Origin: Terriglobales bacterium
Lineage (GTDB): Bacteria > Acidobacteriota > Terriglobia > Terriglobales > Acidobacteriaceae
NCBI GenBank assembly: GCA_963700175.1
Contig: CAVOWN010000015.1
Coordinates: 275,475 to 339,474 of the forward strand
Length of the DNA stretch: 64,000 nucleotides
Direction of reading: 5' to 3'
Made by a program: the position numbers and the translations under genes. This document shows positions 45,108 through 55,447 of the stretch, one piece after another (positions within the stretch are counted from its first letter, which is position 1; every line of letters starts with the position of its first letter). Under the pieces are notes generated by a model. That model did no database searches, was not told the origin of the DNA, and was given only the letters and a program-made list of their open reading frames with translations.

Positions 45108-46046
45108 ATGACTCGATCTCTCAATCTTGTGTTTTGCGGTACGCCCGGCTTCGCCGTCCCCACGCTGACGGCGCTGGTCGATGCCGGTTTTCGCGTGCCT
45201 CTGGTAGTTACGCAACCGGACCGACCCCGCGACCGTGGTATGGACCTCGCGGCTTCTCCGGTAAAACAAGAGGCTCTGCGCCTAGGCCTTCCTGTCATCC
45301 AGCCTGAGAAAGTCAAGAACAATGAAGAGCTTCGGACGCAACTTGCGGCCATTCGGCCTGATGCAATCATTGTGGTCGGCTACGGACGAATTATTCCGCA
45401 ATGGATGATCGACCTGCCGCGACTGGGGAACCTGAATCTGCATGCCTCACTGCTGCCGAAGTATCGCGGCGCCGCGCCGATTCAGTGGGCGATTGCGAAC
45501 GGCGAATCGCTTACGGGCGCGACCACAATGCGCATCGATGCCGGGTTGGATACCGGAGATATTTTGCTGCAGGAGGAGATGCCGATTGAACCGCAAGACA
45601 CGGCGCTGACCCTCGGCCCTCGCTTGGCGCAGATCGGCGCCGCGCTGATGGTGCTAACACTGCAAGAATTAGCAGCGGGCACGGTTCAATCCCGGCCACA
45701 AAATCACTCTCGCGCCAGTCTGGCACCGATTCTGAAAAGAGGAGACGGCCGAATTGATTTCGAGCGGACTGCTGCCGAGATTTCCAATCGTCTGCGCGGA
45801 TTTCAGCCGTGGCCGGGAGCATTTACGACCTTTCGCGGGAAAACACTAAACGTATGGCAAGCCCGGCCTGTGAACAGATTAGTCGCGCCCGGAGAGTTGT
45901 TGGTTGAACCGGAAAGCATGATTGTCGGTTGCACGAACGCCACCGCACTCGAACTCCTGGAGCTACAACCCGAGGGGAGGAAGCGCATGCCCACCAAGGC
46001 ATTCGTCTCGGGATATCGTCCGCTGAGCGGCGAGAAGTTGGGCTGA
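45108..46046 (+). CDS. fmt: methionyl-tRNA formyltransferase
   Basis: LVFCGTPGFAVPTL ... VVTQPDRP ... NLHASLLPKYRGAAPIQWAI are present. I chose the ATG at 45108. The stop overlaps the rsmB start. Confidence 0.9.
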   Translation: MTRSLNLVFCGTPGFAVPTLTALVDAGFRVPLVVTQPDRPRDRGMDLAASPVKQEALRLGLPVIQPEKVKNNEELRTQLAAIRPDAIIVVGYGRIIPQWMIDLPRLGNLNLHASLLPKYRGAAPIQWAIANGESLTGATTMRIDAGLDTGDILLQEEMPIEPQDTALTLGPRLAQIGAALMVLTLQELAAGTVQSRPQNHSRASLAPILKRGDGRIDFERTAAEISNRLRGFQPWPGAFTTFRGKTLNVWQARPVNRLVAPGELLVEPESMIVGCTNATALELLELQPEGRKRMPTKAFVSGYRPLSGEKLG

Positions 46047-47383
46047 TGGCGGTTTCTCCGGCACGTGTCGCGGCCTACGAAATCCTGCTCAGGGTTGAAC
46101 GCGAAGACTCCTATGCAGCCGAACTGCTGCATTCAGTGCAATATCAAAAACTCTCGACCGCAAACCACGGGCTGGCAACGGAACTCGTGATGGGGGTGTT
46201 GCGCTGGCGGTTGTTGATCGATTCGCGCATCGCCGAATCCTCCTCGCAGAAGATCAACAAACTGGATCGCGAAGTCCTGACCGCATTGCGGATCGCTGCT
46301 TATCAGTTGTTGTTTCTCGACCGTGTTCCCCAACATGCGGCGGTGCATGAAAGCGTGGAACTGGTGAAGCGCGGGCGAAAGCGGTCGGCCGTGCCGTTTG
46401 CCAATGCAGTGTTGAGAAAGTTAATTGGCGCAGGAAGTCTGCCCACGGCGACGATTGAGCGAGCAACCAACGCGGCAGAATTGTCCGAAGCCTCGTCCCA
46501 TCCGCTTTGGATCATTGATCGATGGATATCGGCATTTGGGCTGGAAACCATAAAGGAAATTTGCGCACACAATCAGCGCCCGCCGGAAACCTCGGTGCGA
46601 ATCTGCGACGCAGTGGCGGAAGAATCTCTCGCGAACCATGGAATCCAGCTTGCACCTGGAACGATGTTGACCACCTCGCGGCGCGTTTTGTCTGGTGACA
46701 TCACCCACGCGAGCGCTTACCGGGCAGGCCAAGTCTTCATTCAAGACGAAGCATCACAGTTGGTTGCGTTGCTTGTGGGATACGGTGCGAACATTCTCGA
46801 CTGCTGCGCCGCTCCGGGTGGAAAGACGCGCGTCATGGCGCAACGAAATCCAGATTCGAATGTGATTGCTGTCGAGTTACATCCGCGCCGGGCGCAACTA
46901 GTGCGCGATCTGGTGAAGGAGTCCAATGTTCGCGTCATCAGCGCAGACGCGCGCAGCCTTCCATTCCGGTCGTATTTCGAATGCGTGTTGACTGACGTGC
47001 CATGCTCCGGCACCGGCACGCTTGCGAAAAATCCCGAGATCAAGTGGCGGCTAAAGCCGGAAGATCTGTTCGACCTGCAAGACCGTCAATTATCGATTCT
47101 GCAATCTGGAATGCAACATGTGGCGTCCGGCGGAAGGCTCATCTACTCGACATGCTCGCTGGAGCGCGAAGAGAATGAAGATGTCATTCAGAAAGCGCTT
47201 GCTGACGCACCTTCTTTCGAACTGGTAAGTTGCAGTGGGGAACTTGAGCGTCTGCGAGATGAAGGAGTCCTTACAGCGAATCCGGATTCGTTGATGAACG
47301 GTCCATTCTTGCGAACGATTCCCGGCGTCCATCACGGCGATGGATTTTTCGCCGCCATTCTCAAGAGAAAGCCTGCCGGCTAA
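46046..47383 (+). CDS. rsmB: 16S rRNA (cytosine967-C5)-methyltransferase RsmB (NusB-like N-domain + SAM MTase)
   Basis: It has a NusB-like N-domain, the SAM-binding motif LDCCAAPGGKT, and catalytic Cys motifs DVPCSGTG and YSTCS. The start overlaps the fmt stop as TGATG. Confidence 0.88.
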   Translation: MAVSPARVAAYEILLRVEREDSYAAELLHSVQYQKLSTANHGLATELVMGVLRWRLLIDSRIAESSSQKINKLDREVLTALRIAAYQLLFLDRVPQHAAVHESVELVKRGRKRSAVPFANAVLRKLIGAGSLPTATIERATNAAELSEASSHPLWIIDRWISAFGLETIKEICAHNQRPPETSVRICDAVAEESLANHGIQLAPGTMLTTSRRVLSGDITHASAYRAGQVFIQDEASQLVALLVGYGANILDCCAAPGGKTRVMAQRNPDSNVIAVELHPRRAQLVRDLVKESNVRVISADARSLPFRSYFECVLTDVPCSGTGTLAKNPEIKWRLKPEDLFDLQDRQLSILQSGMQHVASGGRLIYSTCSLEREENEDVIQKALADAPSFELVSCSGELERLRDEGVLTANPDSLMNGPFLRTIPGVHHGDGFFAAILKRKPAG

Positions 47384-47414
47384 CGGCAGGGATCCTGTCT
47401 CAACCGTCCGCGCC

Positions 47415-48200
47415 TCATTTCACTTCGAGACTTATCGCCGCACCCTCTGTAATCTTCCATCCTGCGGGCGGATTCTGCGAGACGATGACACTGGCCGTTG
47501 TTGGTAATGACACGGGTATTGACACAGGCGGTGTCGTAGGCGCCGGCTGAAGTGGCGCGGAATTCGGTGAGGTAGGACTCGCTGGCGGTGGAACAACGCT
47601 CACTTTCCCCAGCTGGAATCCGGCACTTTTCAGAGTATTCGTGGCATTCCCTAGTTGTTGGCCGATGAAGCTCGGCATAACGAGCGCTTTCGGTGGCGCG
47701 GGCTCACCGGTCAGCAAACTGATCTTCGGAGCAGCGACTCCGCTGGCATTGGCCGGCGGATCCTGGGCGATTACCTGATCGGCGGTCGCCCCCGGAACAG
47801 CAATCTCTGCCATTGCCCCCACGTCAAGTCCGCGCCGCTTGATGTTGATTTCGGCAGCGCGCTCGCTTTCGCCAATCGCATTCGGAATTTGTACGCGTTG
47901 CGGGCCAAGACTTTCCGCAGCGCGAAGCTGCCAACCCCTGCGAGTCAGTGTACCGGCCTCGGGAAGTTGCGAGAGAATCCGTCCCTCCGGCACCGTCGCG
48001 CTGTAATACTGCCGTTCGACTTCCAGATCGAAGCCGTTGGCGTCGGCAATCCGCCGAGCTTCCGCAGGTGTTTTCCCAACCAGGTCGGGCACCTTGGTTT
48101 CGCGACCATGAATGGCGAAACGCATTGCGGTGAGCGCGGAGAGCAGTGCAACCACCAGCAGAACCAGCCCCAGCAAGGCGAAACGGAAAAACGATTTCAT
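47415..48200 (-). CDS. membrane-anchored protein made only of three PASTA repeats
   Basis: An N-terminal TM segment is followed by three repeats of the PASTA pattern: VPDLVGKTPAEARRIADANGF...ILSQLPEAG, IPNAIGESERAAEINIKRRGL...VIAQDPPA and MPSFIGQQLGNATNTLKSAGF...VSQNPPAG. There is no kinase or transpeptidase domain. Confidence 0.8.
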   Translation of the reverse strand: MKSFFRFALLGLVLLVVALLSALTAMRFAIHGRETKVPDLVGKTPAEARRIADANGFDLEVERQYYSATVPEGRILSQLPEAGTLTRRGWQLRAAESLGPQRVQIPNAIGESERAAEINIKRRGLDVGAMAEIAVPGATADQVIAQDPPANASGVAAPKISLLTGEPAPPKALVMPSFIGQQLGNATNTLKSAGFQLGKVSVVPPPASPTSPNSAPLQPAPTTPPVSIPVSLPTTASVIVSQNPPAGWKITEGAAISLEVK

Positions 48201-48251
48201 CGGATGCCACGATTATAGTCTTCCCGCCGTGGAACTCAGACACACAGCGGC

Positions 48252-50198
48252 GTGTGCCATCGCACGCAGGTGGAGCGCGGCACACTTATACTGAAGACAG
48301 TGGCAGAATCGGCAGCCGAAAACGAAATTCACCAAGCTCTGCGGCGCTATTGGGGCTACACCTCCTTCCGGCCCATGCAGGAACGGATCGTGCACAGCCT
48401 GCTCGCCGGCCACGATACTTGTGTCATCATGCCCACCGGCGGAGGAAAATCGCTCTGCTATCAGTTGCCCGCGTTGGTTTCTGGCAAGACGGCCATTGTG
48501 ATCTCTCCACTGATTGCGCTGATGCAGGACCAAGCCATGCAACTGGCGCAGATGGGTATTCCCGCGGCGGTGCTCAACAGTTTCCTATCGCAATCGGAGC
48601 AGAATGCCGTCATGCGAAAGTCGCGCGCCGGAGAATACCGTCTTCTTTATCTTTCTCCAGAGCGACTGGCGCGGGCTGACACGGTTGCCTGGCTCAGGAG
48701 CGTGCCCATAGCGTTTTTCGCGATTGACGAGGCGCACTGCATCTCCGAGTGGGGGCATGAGTTTCGACCGGAGTACCGAAATCTAAACACGCTGCGAGCG
48801 AATTTTCCCGATCGTCCAATTGCGGCTTTCACGGCCAGCGCCACCAAGATTGTGCGTCATGACATTCTGAAGCAGTTGCAACTCCGCGACCCGCACCGCT
48901 ACATCGCCAGCTTCCATCGCTCGAACCTACGCTACATGGTCCGCGAATGTGAATCCGAGCCCGCCCAGTCCGCGTTGCTCATACGCGCGCTGCGGCATCA
49001 TTCCGCGAGCAACGTGATCGTCTATGCTCCGACCATCAAGCGAGTCGAGGAAACGGTCGACTTTCTGGAAGAGAGTGGAATCGCCGCCATTCCCTACCAC
49101 GGCAAGATGGACGGCGACGCGCGCCGGCGCAATCAGGAGAAGTGGACGTCGGATGAAGTGCGTGTTCTGGTCGGCACTATCGCCTTTGGGCTCGGGATCA
49201 ACAAGGCGGACGTTCGCGCGGTCATCCATCTCTCGCTGCCGAAGTCGATTGAACAGTACTATCAGGAGGCCGGACGCGCGGGACGCGATGGTAATCCGGC
49301 GGATTGCCTTCTTCTATGGCAGCCCCGAGACGCAGGCCTGTTGGGATTTTTCAATAATCAGATCAGCGATCCGCAAGAAAAAGATCGGGCATGGCAGCGT
49401 TATCACGCGGTGCGCCGCTTCGTGGACGCGAGGGAATGCCGGCATCACCAGATTTGCATGCACTTCGGCGAGACTCCCAAGTGGAGCACCTGTGGGTCGT
49501 GTGACGTCTGCGGCTGCGACTCGGACTGGCTCGCCAAGCCAGTTCGCACGCCGCGCTCCGGGAAGCGAGGCTCGGCGGAGCTTCCACTGCCCCCCATGCA
49601 GTCACCCGCCAATGTTCCGGCCGAACTTTACGCGGACGCCGCGTTGCGCGAATATATGCGGGAGTGGCGGCGTCTCAAGGCCCGCGAACAGGGCGTCTCG
49701 GCGTTCATTGTAATGTATGACACGACGCTCGAAGCCGTCTGCCGGCTTCGTCCGAAATCGCTGGGAGACCTGCGCGAAATTCCCGGGTTTGGTGAGCGCA
49801 AGACCGAAACCTACGGCCGCGAAGTTCTAAAGGCGTTGCAACGTTTTGAAGATGGCGCCAGAGCAGCCGACCCGCCACTCAAAATCACCAAGCCGGCAGC
49901 TGAGACGTTGCGCCTGCTGGCCGCCGGAAATACGTTCGAGCAGATTGCTGCCATGCGCGGACGGCAAATTTCCACTGTCATCAGTGCGGTGGCGGATCTG
50001 GTCGAAAAAGGCGAAGTCGAATTCCAGGAAGCCTGGGTCGATAAAGACAGGGTGGCAATCATTGAAGCGGCCTGCGCAAACTTGGGGACTGAGCGTTTAA
50101 GCCCATTGAAAGAAGCGCTCCCGCCGGAGTTTACTTATGACGAGATTCGGCTGGTGACAGCGCGCTTGCGCCGGTCGCAGCAACCGAAAACAGCCTAG
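48252..50198 (+). CDS. recQ: ATP-dependent DNA helicase RecQ
   Basis: Helicase motifs are present: FRPMQERIV, MPTGGGKSLCYQLPA and the DEAH box FAIDEAHCISEWGHEFRPEY. A Zn-binding Cys cluster, an HRDC-like region and a C-terminal HTH follow. The start may be the GTG at 48300. Confidence 0.9.
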   Translation: MCHRTQVERGTLILKTVAESAAENEIHQALRRYWGYTSFRPMQERIVHSLLAGHDTCVIMPTGGGKSLCYQLPALVSGKTAIVISPLIALMQDQAMQLAQMGIPAAVLNSFLSQSEQNAVMRKSRAGEYRLLYLSPERLARADTVAWLRSVPIAFFAIDEAHCISEWGHEFRPEYRNLNTLRANFPDRPIAAFTASATKIVRHDILKQLQLRDPHRYIASFHRSNLRYMVRECESEPAQSALLIRALRHHSASNVIVYAPTIKRVEETVDFLEESGIAAIPYHGKMDGDARRRNQEKWTSDEVRVLVGTIAFGLGINKADVRAVIHLSLPKSIEQYYQEAGRAGRDGNPADCLLLWQPRDAGLLGFFNNQISDPQEKDRAWQRYHAVRRFVDARECRHHQICMHFGETPKWSTCGSCDVCGCDSDWLAKPVRTPRSGKRGSAELPLPPMQSPANVPAELYADAALREYMREWRRLKAREQGVSAFIVMYDTTLEAVCRLRPKSLGDLREIPGFGERKTETYGREVLKALQRFEDGARAADPPLKITKPAAETLRLLAAGNTFEQIAAMRGRQISTVISAVADLVEKGEVEFQEAWVDKDRVAIIEAACANLGTERLSPLKEALPPEFTYDEIRLVTARLRRSQQPKTA

Positions 50199-50301
50199 CG
50201 ACGCCGCAGTCCAAATGCCTCAAACCCGCGTACGTGCTACCCTTTTCTGTTGTTCGCCGTCTAATTAGGTCGCTTGTGCATCAGCCGCAGCAGACCCTGG
50301 A

Positions 50302-52395
50302 GTGCAATCTATGAAACCCGGCTTTAAATTCTCGAAGTCCCTACTTACCTTTGCCGCAATTTGCGGCCTTATCTCTGCCTTCTCACTCGTAGTCATCGCG
50401 CAAGACGCGCCCAAGCAAGAAAGCCACGGCATCGCAGCCGCCAACATGGACACCTCGGTCAAGCCGGGGGATGACTTCTACCAATACGCCAACGGCTCCT
50501 GGATCAAGCGCACCGAGATTCCCGCCGACCGACGTGGTATCGGCGTATTTTCCACGCTTGCCGATCTCAGTGAGAAGCGCACCTCTGGCCTGATTGAAGA
50601 AGCGGCCAAAGAAAACGCGCCCGCCGGCTCAGGCGCTCGCCGCATCGCAGATCTCTACAACTCGTTCATGGATGAATCCGGCATTGAGGCCAAAGGACTC
50701 GCTCCCCTGCGCCTGCATCTGGATGCAATCTCGGCCATCCACGACAAACGCGCACTTGCCCGCGTACTCGGTGAGAGCTTGCGCGCCGACGTCGACGCTC
50801 TGAACAACACCAACTTCCATACCCCAAATCTTTTCGGCCTTTGGGTCGCGCCCGGATTCAATGACTCTGAGCACTATGCCGCCTACCTTCTGCAAGGCGG
50901 CGTGCAACTGCCGGACCGTGAATACTATCTTTCCGACACCGAGCGCATGAAGAACATTCGCAGCCAGTATCAGGTGCACGTCTCCACCATGCTGAAGCTT
51001 GCAGGGTTCACCGACACCGACGCCCGCGCCGCACGGATCGTAGAGTTAGAGCACTCCATTGCCGAAAGACATCTCAGTCTGGCGGACAGTGAAAACATTC
51101 AGAAGGCCAACAATACCTGGACGCAGGCGGACTTCGCCGCCAAAGCCCCCGGTCTAGACTGGAAGGAATACTTTCAAGGAGCCGGTCTCGGCAAGCAGGC
51201 AAGTTTCATCGTGTGGCAGCCGACCGCCTTCACCGGGGAATCTGCCCTGGTGGCCTCAACCGACCTCGAGACATGGAAGGACTGGCTCGCATTCCACCTG
51301 ATCGAAGCCTACGCTGGAGTCCTTCCCAAGGCAGTGGCCGACGCACAGTTCGATTTCTTTGGCAAGACCCTTTCCGGGGTAACGGAGCAGCGTCCTCGCT
51401 GGAAGCGCGGCGTGGCGTTCGTCAATTTGCTGATCGGCGACGATGTCGGACAGATCTACGCCCAGCGCTACTTCCCGGCCGAGGCCAAAGAGCAAGCGCA
51501 AGCCATGGTTGCCAACATCATTGCATCCTTCCGCCAGCGGATCGAGGCGCTCTCCTGGATGGACGCTTCCACCAAAGCGGAGGCCGAGGCCAAACTCTCG
51601 ACTTTGTATGTCGGCATCGGCTACACCGACACCTGGAAAGATTATTCAAGCTACGAAGTGAAAGCCGATGACATGTTCGGGAACCTGTGGCGCGGACGGC
51701 TCTTTGACTATCACCACGATGTCGGACGCCTCGGCAAGCAGATTGATCGCAAGGAATGGTCGATGACCCCGCAGACGGTAAACGCGGTGAATCTCCCCTT
51801 GCAGAATGCGCTGAACTTCCCCGCCGCCATCCTGCAACCGCCGTTCTTCGATCCGCAGGCTCCCGCCGCCGCCAATTATGGCGCGATTGGCTCCGTGATC
51901 GGACACGAGATCAGCCACACTTTTGACACGGAAGGCGCCGCATTCGATTCCAAGGGCCGTGTGCGCAACTGGTGGACTCCTGCCGACTTCGCGCACTTCG
52001 AAGCAGCCACGGCGAAACTGGCAGCTCAGTACGACACCTACAAGCCTTTCCCGGATATTTCCGTAAACGGCAAGCAAACACTCGGGGAGAACATTGCCGA
52101 TGTCGCGGGCATCTCCGCGGCGTACGACGGCTATCACGCATCCCTTGGTGGCAAGCCCGCGCCCGTTCAGGATGGATTCACCGGTGACCAGCAATTCTTC
52201 ATCGCCTTCGCCCAGAATTGGGGATCGAAGACACGCGAAGCATCGCTTCGCCAGCAGGTCATGACCGACCCTCACGCACCGGCAGAGTTCCGCGCTGCCA
52301 CCGTCCGCAACATCGACGCGTGGTATCCCTCGTTTAATATTCAGCCCGGAGATGGGCTCTACCTGGCCCCTGCCGAACGCGTGCGCATCTGGTAG
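50302..52395 (+). CDS. M13 family zinc metallopeptidase (PepO / endothelin-converting-enzyme-like), secreted
   Basis: It has a signal peptide, the zinc motif VIGHEISHTFD, the downstream GENIADVAG motif and the C-terminal RVRIW typical of M13. Confidence 0.88.
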   Translation: MQSMKPGFKFSKSLLTFAAICGLISAFSLVVIAQDAPKQESHGIAAANMDTSVKPGDDFYQYANGSWIKRTEIPADRRGIGVFSTLADLSEKRTSGLIEEAAKENAPAGSGARRIADLYNSFMDESGIEAKGLAPLRLHLDAISAIHDKRALARVLGESLRADVDALNNTNFHTPNLFGLWVAPGFNDSEHYAAYLLQGGVQLPDREYYLSDTERMKNIRSQYQVHVSTMLKLAGFTDTDARAARIVELEHSIAERHLSLADSENIQKANNTWTQADFAAKAPGLDWKEYFQGAGLGKQASFIVWQPTAFTGESALVASTDLETWKDWLAFHLIEAYAGVLPKAVADAQFDFFGKTLSGVTEQRPRWKRGVAFVNLLIGDDVGQIYAQRYFPAEAKEQAQAMVANIIASFRQRIEALSWMDASTKAEAEAKLSTLYVGIGYTDTWKDYSSYEVKADDMFGNLWRGRLFDYHHDVGRLGKQIDRKEWSMTPQTVNAVNLPLQNALNFPAAILQPPFFDPQAPAAANYGAIGSVIGHEISHTFDTEGAAFDSKGRVRNWWTPADFAHFEAATAKLAAQYDTYKPFPDISVNGKQTLGENIADVAGISAAYDGYHASLGGKPAPVQDGFTGDQQFFIAFAQNWGSKTREASLRQQVMTDPHAPAEFRAATVRNIDAWYPSFNIQPGDGLYLAPAERVRIW

Positions 52396-52548
52396 AAGTT
52401 TGCTGTAAGGGTGCAACACGAGGCTGGGGCCGGCGTGCGACGAATAGACCGTCGGCTCTTTGCTATCAAGGAGACGTCCGCATTCCTAAATTTTTTCTGA
52501 AATAAGCTCGGGAGTTGGCGGCTTCCGACTCGTGGATCGGGGACTGTA

Positions 52549-53097
52549 TTAGAACTTTACGGCTACCGGCTCACGGTCGGCCTCCGCCACTTCAAAGAAC
52601 TGCCGCAGTTGGAAGCCAAACATTCCAGCCAACATGTTTGTGGGGAAAACTTGGATCTTGGTATTTAAATCTCGAACCACAGCGTTGTAGTATCGCCGCG
52701 CATTTTGGATGGTATCTTCGGTCTGGCTGAGTGAGGCTTGTAATTGCAGGAACTGGTCGTTCGCCTTCAGTTCCGGATAGTTCTCCGCCACCGCAAACAG
52801 GCTCTTAAGCGCGCCTGTCAACTGATTTTCGGCAACCGCTTTGTCTGCCGGCGTCGTCGCCTGCATGGCCATCGATCGAAACTTGGCGATGTTTTCGAAG
52901 GTGCCTTTTTCGTGAGCGGCGTATCCCTTCGCAGTCTCGACGAGGTTCGGAATCAGATCGTGACGCCGCTTCAGTTGGACGTCAATGTCGGACCAGGCCG
53001 AATCTGTGCGCACGCGCAATTGCACCAGATTGTTGTACATTCCGACCAGAACGAAGCCGATGACCACCAGAACCACTACTACGATCCAGCCCACCAT
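52549..53097 (-). CDS. lemA: LemA family protein
   Basis: An N-terminal TM segment is followed by YNNLVQLR...VDVQLKRRHDLIPNLVETAKGYAAHE...RRYYNAVVRDLN, the canonical LemA pattern. Confidence 0.88.
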   Translation of the reverse strand: MVGWIVVVVLVVIGFVLVGMYNNLVQLRVRTDSAWSDIDVQLKRRHDLIPNLVETAKGYAAHEKGTFENIAKFRSMAMQATTPADKAVAENQLTGALKSLFAVAENYPELKANDQFLQLQASLSQTEDTIQNARRYYNAVVRDLNTKIQVFPTNMLAGMFGFQLRQFFEVAEADREPVAVKF

Positions 53098-53323
53098 GAA
53101 CGGCCCCTCTCGCCTGCAGTAGATTTCAGAAGGACGGTAACATACGCGGGCCAGCGGCGCAATTGACCCAGGTCATTCTGCCGACATCACAACCAGTAAT
53201 TTTAGAGTGTAAAATTCAAAGTGACCCAAGTGTTCGCAGTCATTGCAGCCCGCATCGCTGAATAGGCATCGTAGAAGACTTGTGGAAACCGTGCCGAAGC
53301 ATTGTCATTCGGGAGATCTATCA

Positions 53324-54343
53324 ATGAAGGTATTTCGCAAAAGTCTGGTTTATTCCATGGCTGGAGCGGCTTTTGCCTTTTTTCTGTGCATCTTCTCTGG
53401 AATTGCCAGCGCGCAAACCTGCTACATGTCCGACGATATGGACGCGGCCACGCGAACCGCTTTGAGCAATGCAGGAAATCGTTATTTCGGAATGATGGCC
53501 AAAGGCGACTCAGTCTCCCTCAGGCAAAATGCCATTCCTGGATTGGCCTCCGATTTTTCCAACATCGAGACCGCGGTTGAAGACAACCAGCCGAACTTTG
53601 CGGCAGGGCAGGCGACGGCGAGACCGCCGTTTGAGTTGAAAGCCGAAGGCGCCGCTGCCCTGGCGCGAGCGGAGTTTCTCTGCGGCGTGTTTGGGGCCAA
53701 CGGTCAAACCTCCAACAGCGCCGAGTTCATTATCCCTAACTTGCCACCAGGCAATTATGGCGTTGTGATCGAAGATGTTTCAACCGCGAAGGGTCCCTAT
53801 TCCGTCACTTTCGTTCTTCAGCAACTGGGAACGGACTGGAAGCTCGGCGGCCTTTACGTCAAGAGCGGTCAAGTTGCAGGTCATGACGGCAAATGGTACG
53901 CCGATCAGGCCCGCGTGTATGGAAGCAAGAAGCAGAATCTCAACGCGTGGTTCTACTTCATGGAAGCCCGCGATCTGCTGGTTCCCGTATCGTTCATGTA
54001 TACCCAAGCCACCGACAAACTATACGACGAATCGCAAGTCGTGAAGCCGGCCGATCTTCCGACTTCAGAGAAGACCGTCGATCTTACTTCTGGTGCCAAG
54101 ACCTATAAGTTGATCGCACTTTTTTCTTTGGCGGTAGGTGCCGACCTCGATGTGGTTGTAAAGTATCAGGCAGCCGATGTTTCCGACACTGGCAAGACAT
54201 TTTCGGCGAATATGGAAGTGATGAAGGCGCTCATTGCGAAGTACCCAGAGCTTCGGGATGCCTTCGCTGGCGTTGTGGCCCGCGCGGTCGAGCCTTCTGG
54301 ACGCGACTACGGATCATTGATGCCAATGAAAGACATCAAGTGA
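53324..54343 (+). CDS. hypothetical secreted protein (339 aa)
   Basis: The ATG at 53324 gives the signal peptide MKVFRKSLVYSMAGAAFAFFLCIFSGIASAQ. No known domain is recognised. Confidence 0.5.
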   Translation: MKVFRKSLVYSMAGAAFAFFLCIFSGIASAQTCYMSDDMDAATRTALSNAGNRYFGMMAKGDSVSLRQNAIPGLASDFSNIETAVEDNQPNFAAGQATARPPFELKAEGAAALARAEFLCGVFGANGQTSNSAEFIIPNLPPGNYGVVIEDVSTAKGPYSVTFVLQQLGTDWKLGGLYVKSGQVAGHDGKWYADQARVYGSKKQNLNAWFYFMEARDLLVPVSFMYTQATDKLYDESQVVKPADLPTSEKTVDLTSGAKTYKLIALFSLAVGADLDVVVKYQAADVSDTGKTFSANMEVMKALIAKYPELRDAFAGVVARAVEPSGRDYGSLMPMKDIK

Positions 54344-54356
54344 GAAGGTTTCCCGG

Positions 54357-55337
54357 TTAACGTTTGTGGGGACCTTGTTCTGAAAACGTGCACTCTTTCG
54401 GATTTTTGTCTTTCCTCAGCCCAAGGTAAACCGGCGCCCGCAACTTTAACCCGCCTTCCCCCGTCTCATGTGTCCATTCAGTGAACCTGACTTCGGCAAC
54501 CCGCGAAGGTTTTACCCAGTGCACATTCTTCGCATCCACCCCGCCGTCAAAGGGGATACTTCTTGTTTCCAGCTTTTCCAGCACGTGGTAGACATTTTTC
54601 AAGGTCGCGTGGTCAAAACCTGTTCCGACTTGTCCGACATGAATGAGCCTGCGCTTGGCATCGTAAAGCCCCAGTACAAGCGATCCAAAGTATGGCCGTG
54701 TTCCTTCCGGATCGGTGTAACCTCCGATTACTGCATCGACCGTCTGCGTGACCTTTATCTTCAACCATTCCCGGCTGCGGCGTTCTTCGTAGCAGCTCTC
54801 ACGTCGCTTCGCCAGGATTCCCTCCAGCCCCTGCTGCTTGGCCGCGTTGAACAGTGCGTTGCCTTTTTCCGGAAAATGTTCGGAGTAGCGGACAAGTTCG
54901 TCGGTGATCAGAATCTGCGCAAGGATTTGCTTACGCTGCTCAAGCGTAACGCGCCGCAAGTCGTAGCCATCCACGTAAATCAGATCAAAGACGTAATAGG
55001 CAATTTGCACGTCCGACCGCCCCGCGACACGCCGTCCCCCGCTGCGGATTCCCGTGCGCTGCTGCATGAGGCTGAACGAGGATCGCCCATGTTCATCGAG
55101 GGCGACGATTTCGCCGTCCAGGATGGCGGTCTTGGCTTTTACATATTTCGGTAAAACTCCGAGTTCGACATACTGCCCCGTAAGGTCATTTTGATTGCGC
55201 GAGACGAATCGTACAGCGCCGCCCTCAAGGAAGGAGACCGCCCGGTAACCGTCCCACTTAATTTCGAACAACCATTCAGCGTCATCGAAAGGCTTTTCGA
55301 CCGGAGTCGCCAGCATGGGTGTGATCTTGGCTGGCAT
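54357..55337 (-). CDS. ATP-dependent DNA ligase, LigD ligase-domain type (NHEJ)
   Basis: The N-terminus is ITPMLAT. The adenylation motif I is EIKWDGYR (KxDG), and later nucleotidyltransferase/OB motifs are present (LDGEIV, EGILAKR, WLKIK). The length is 326 aa. Confidence 0.88.
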   Translation of the reverse strand: MPAKITPMLATPVEKPFDDAEWLFEIKWDGYRAVSFLEGGAVRFVSRNQNDLTGQYVELGVLPKYVKAKTAILDGEIVALDEHGRSSFSLMQQRTGIRSGGRRVAGRSDVQIAYYVFDLIYVDGYDLRRVTLEQRKQILAQILITDELVRYSEHFPEKGNALFNAAKQQGLEGILAKRRESCYEERRSREWLKIKVTQTVDAVIGGYTDPEGTRPYFGSLVLGLYDAKRRLIHVGQVGTGFDHATLKNVYHVLEKLETRSIPFDGGVDAKNVHWVKPSRVAEVRFTEWTHETGEGGLKLRAPVYLGLRKDKNPKECTFSEQGPHKR

Positions 55338-55447
55338 AGCGCGCCGGACAGGGCCTTTGACAGTCTTTAACAGCAGAGGAACTGAAGACGTAGAGAACTT
55401 CGAACCAGTAGATGCAGGCTCGTCGGAAGACCGTACCTCAGCATTCT

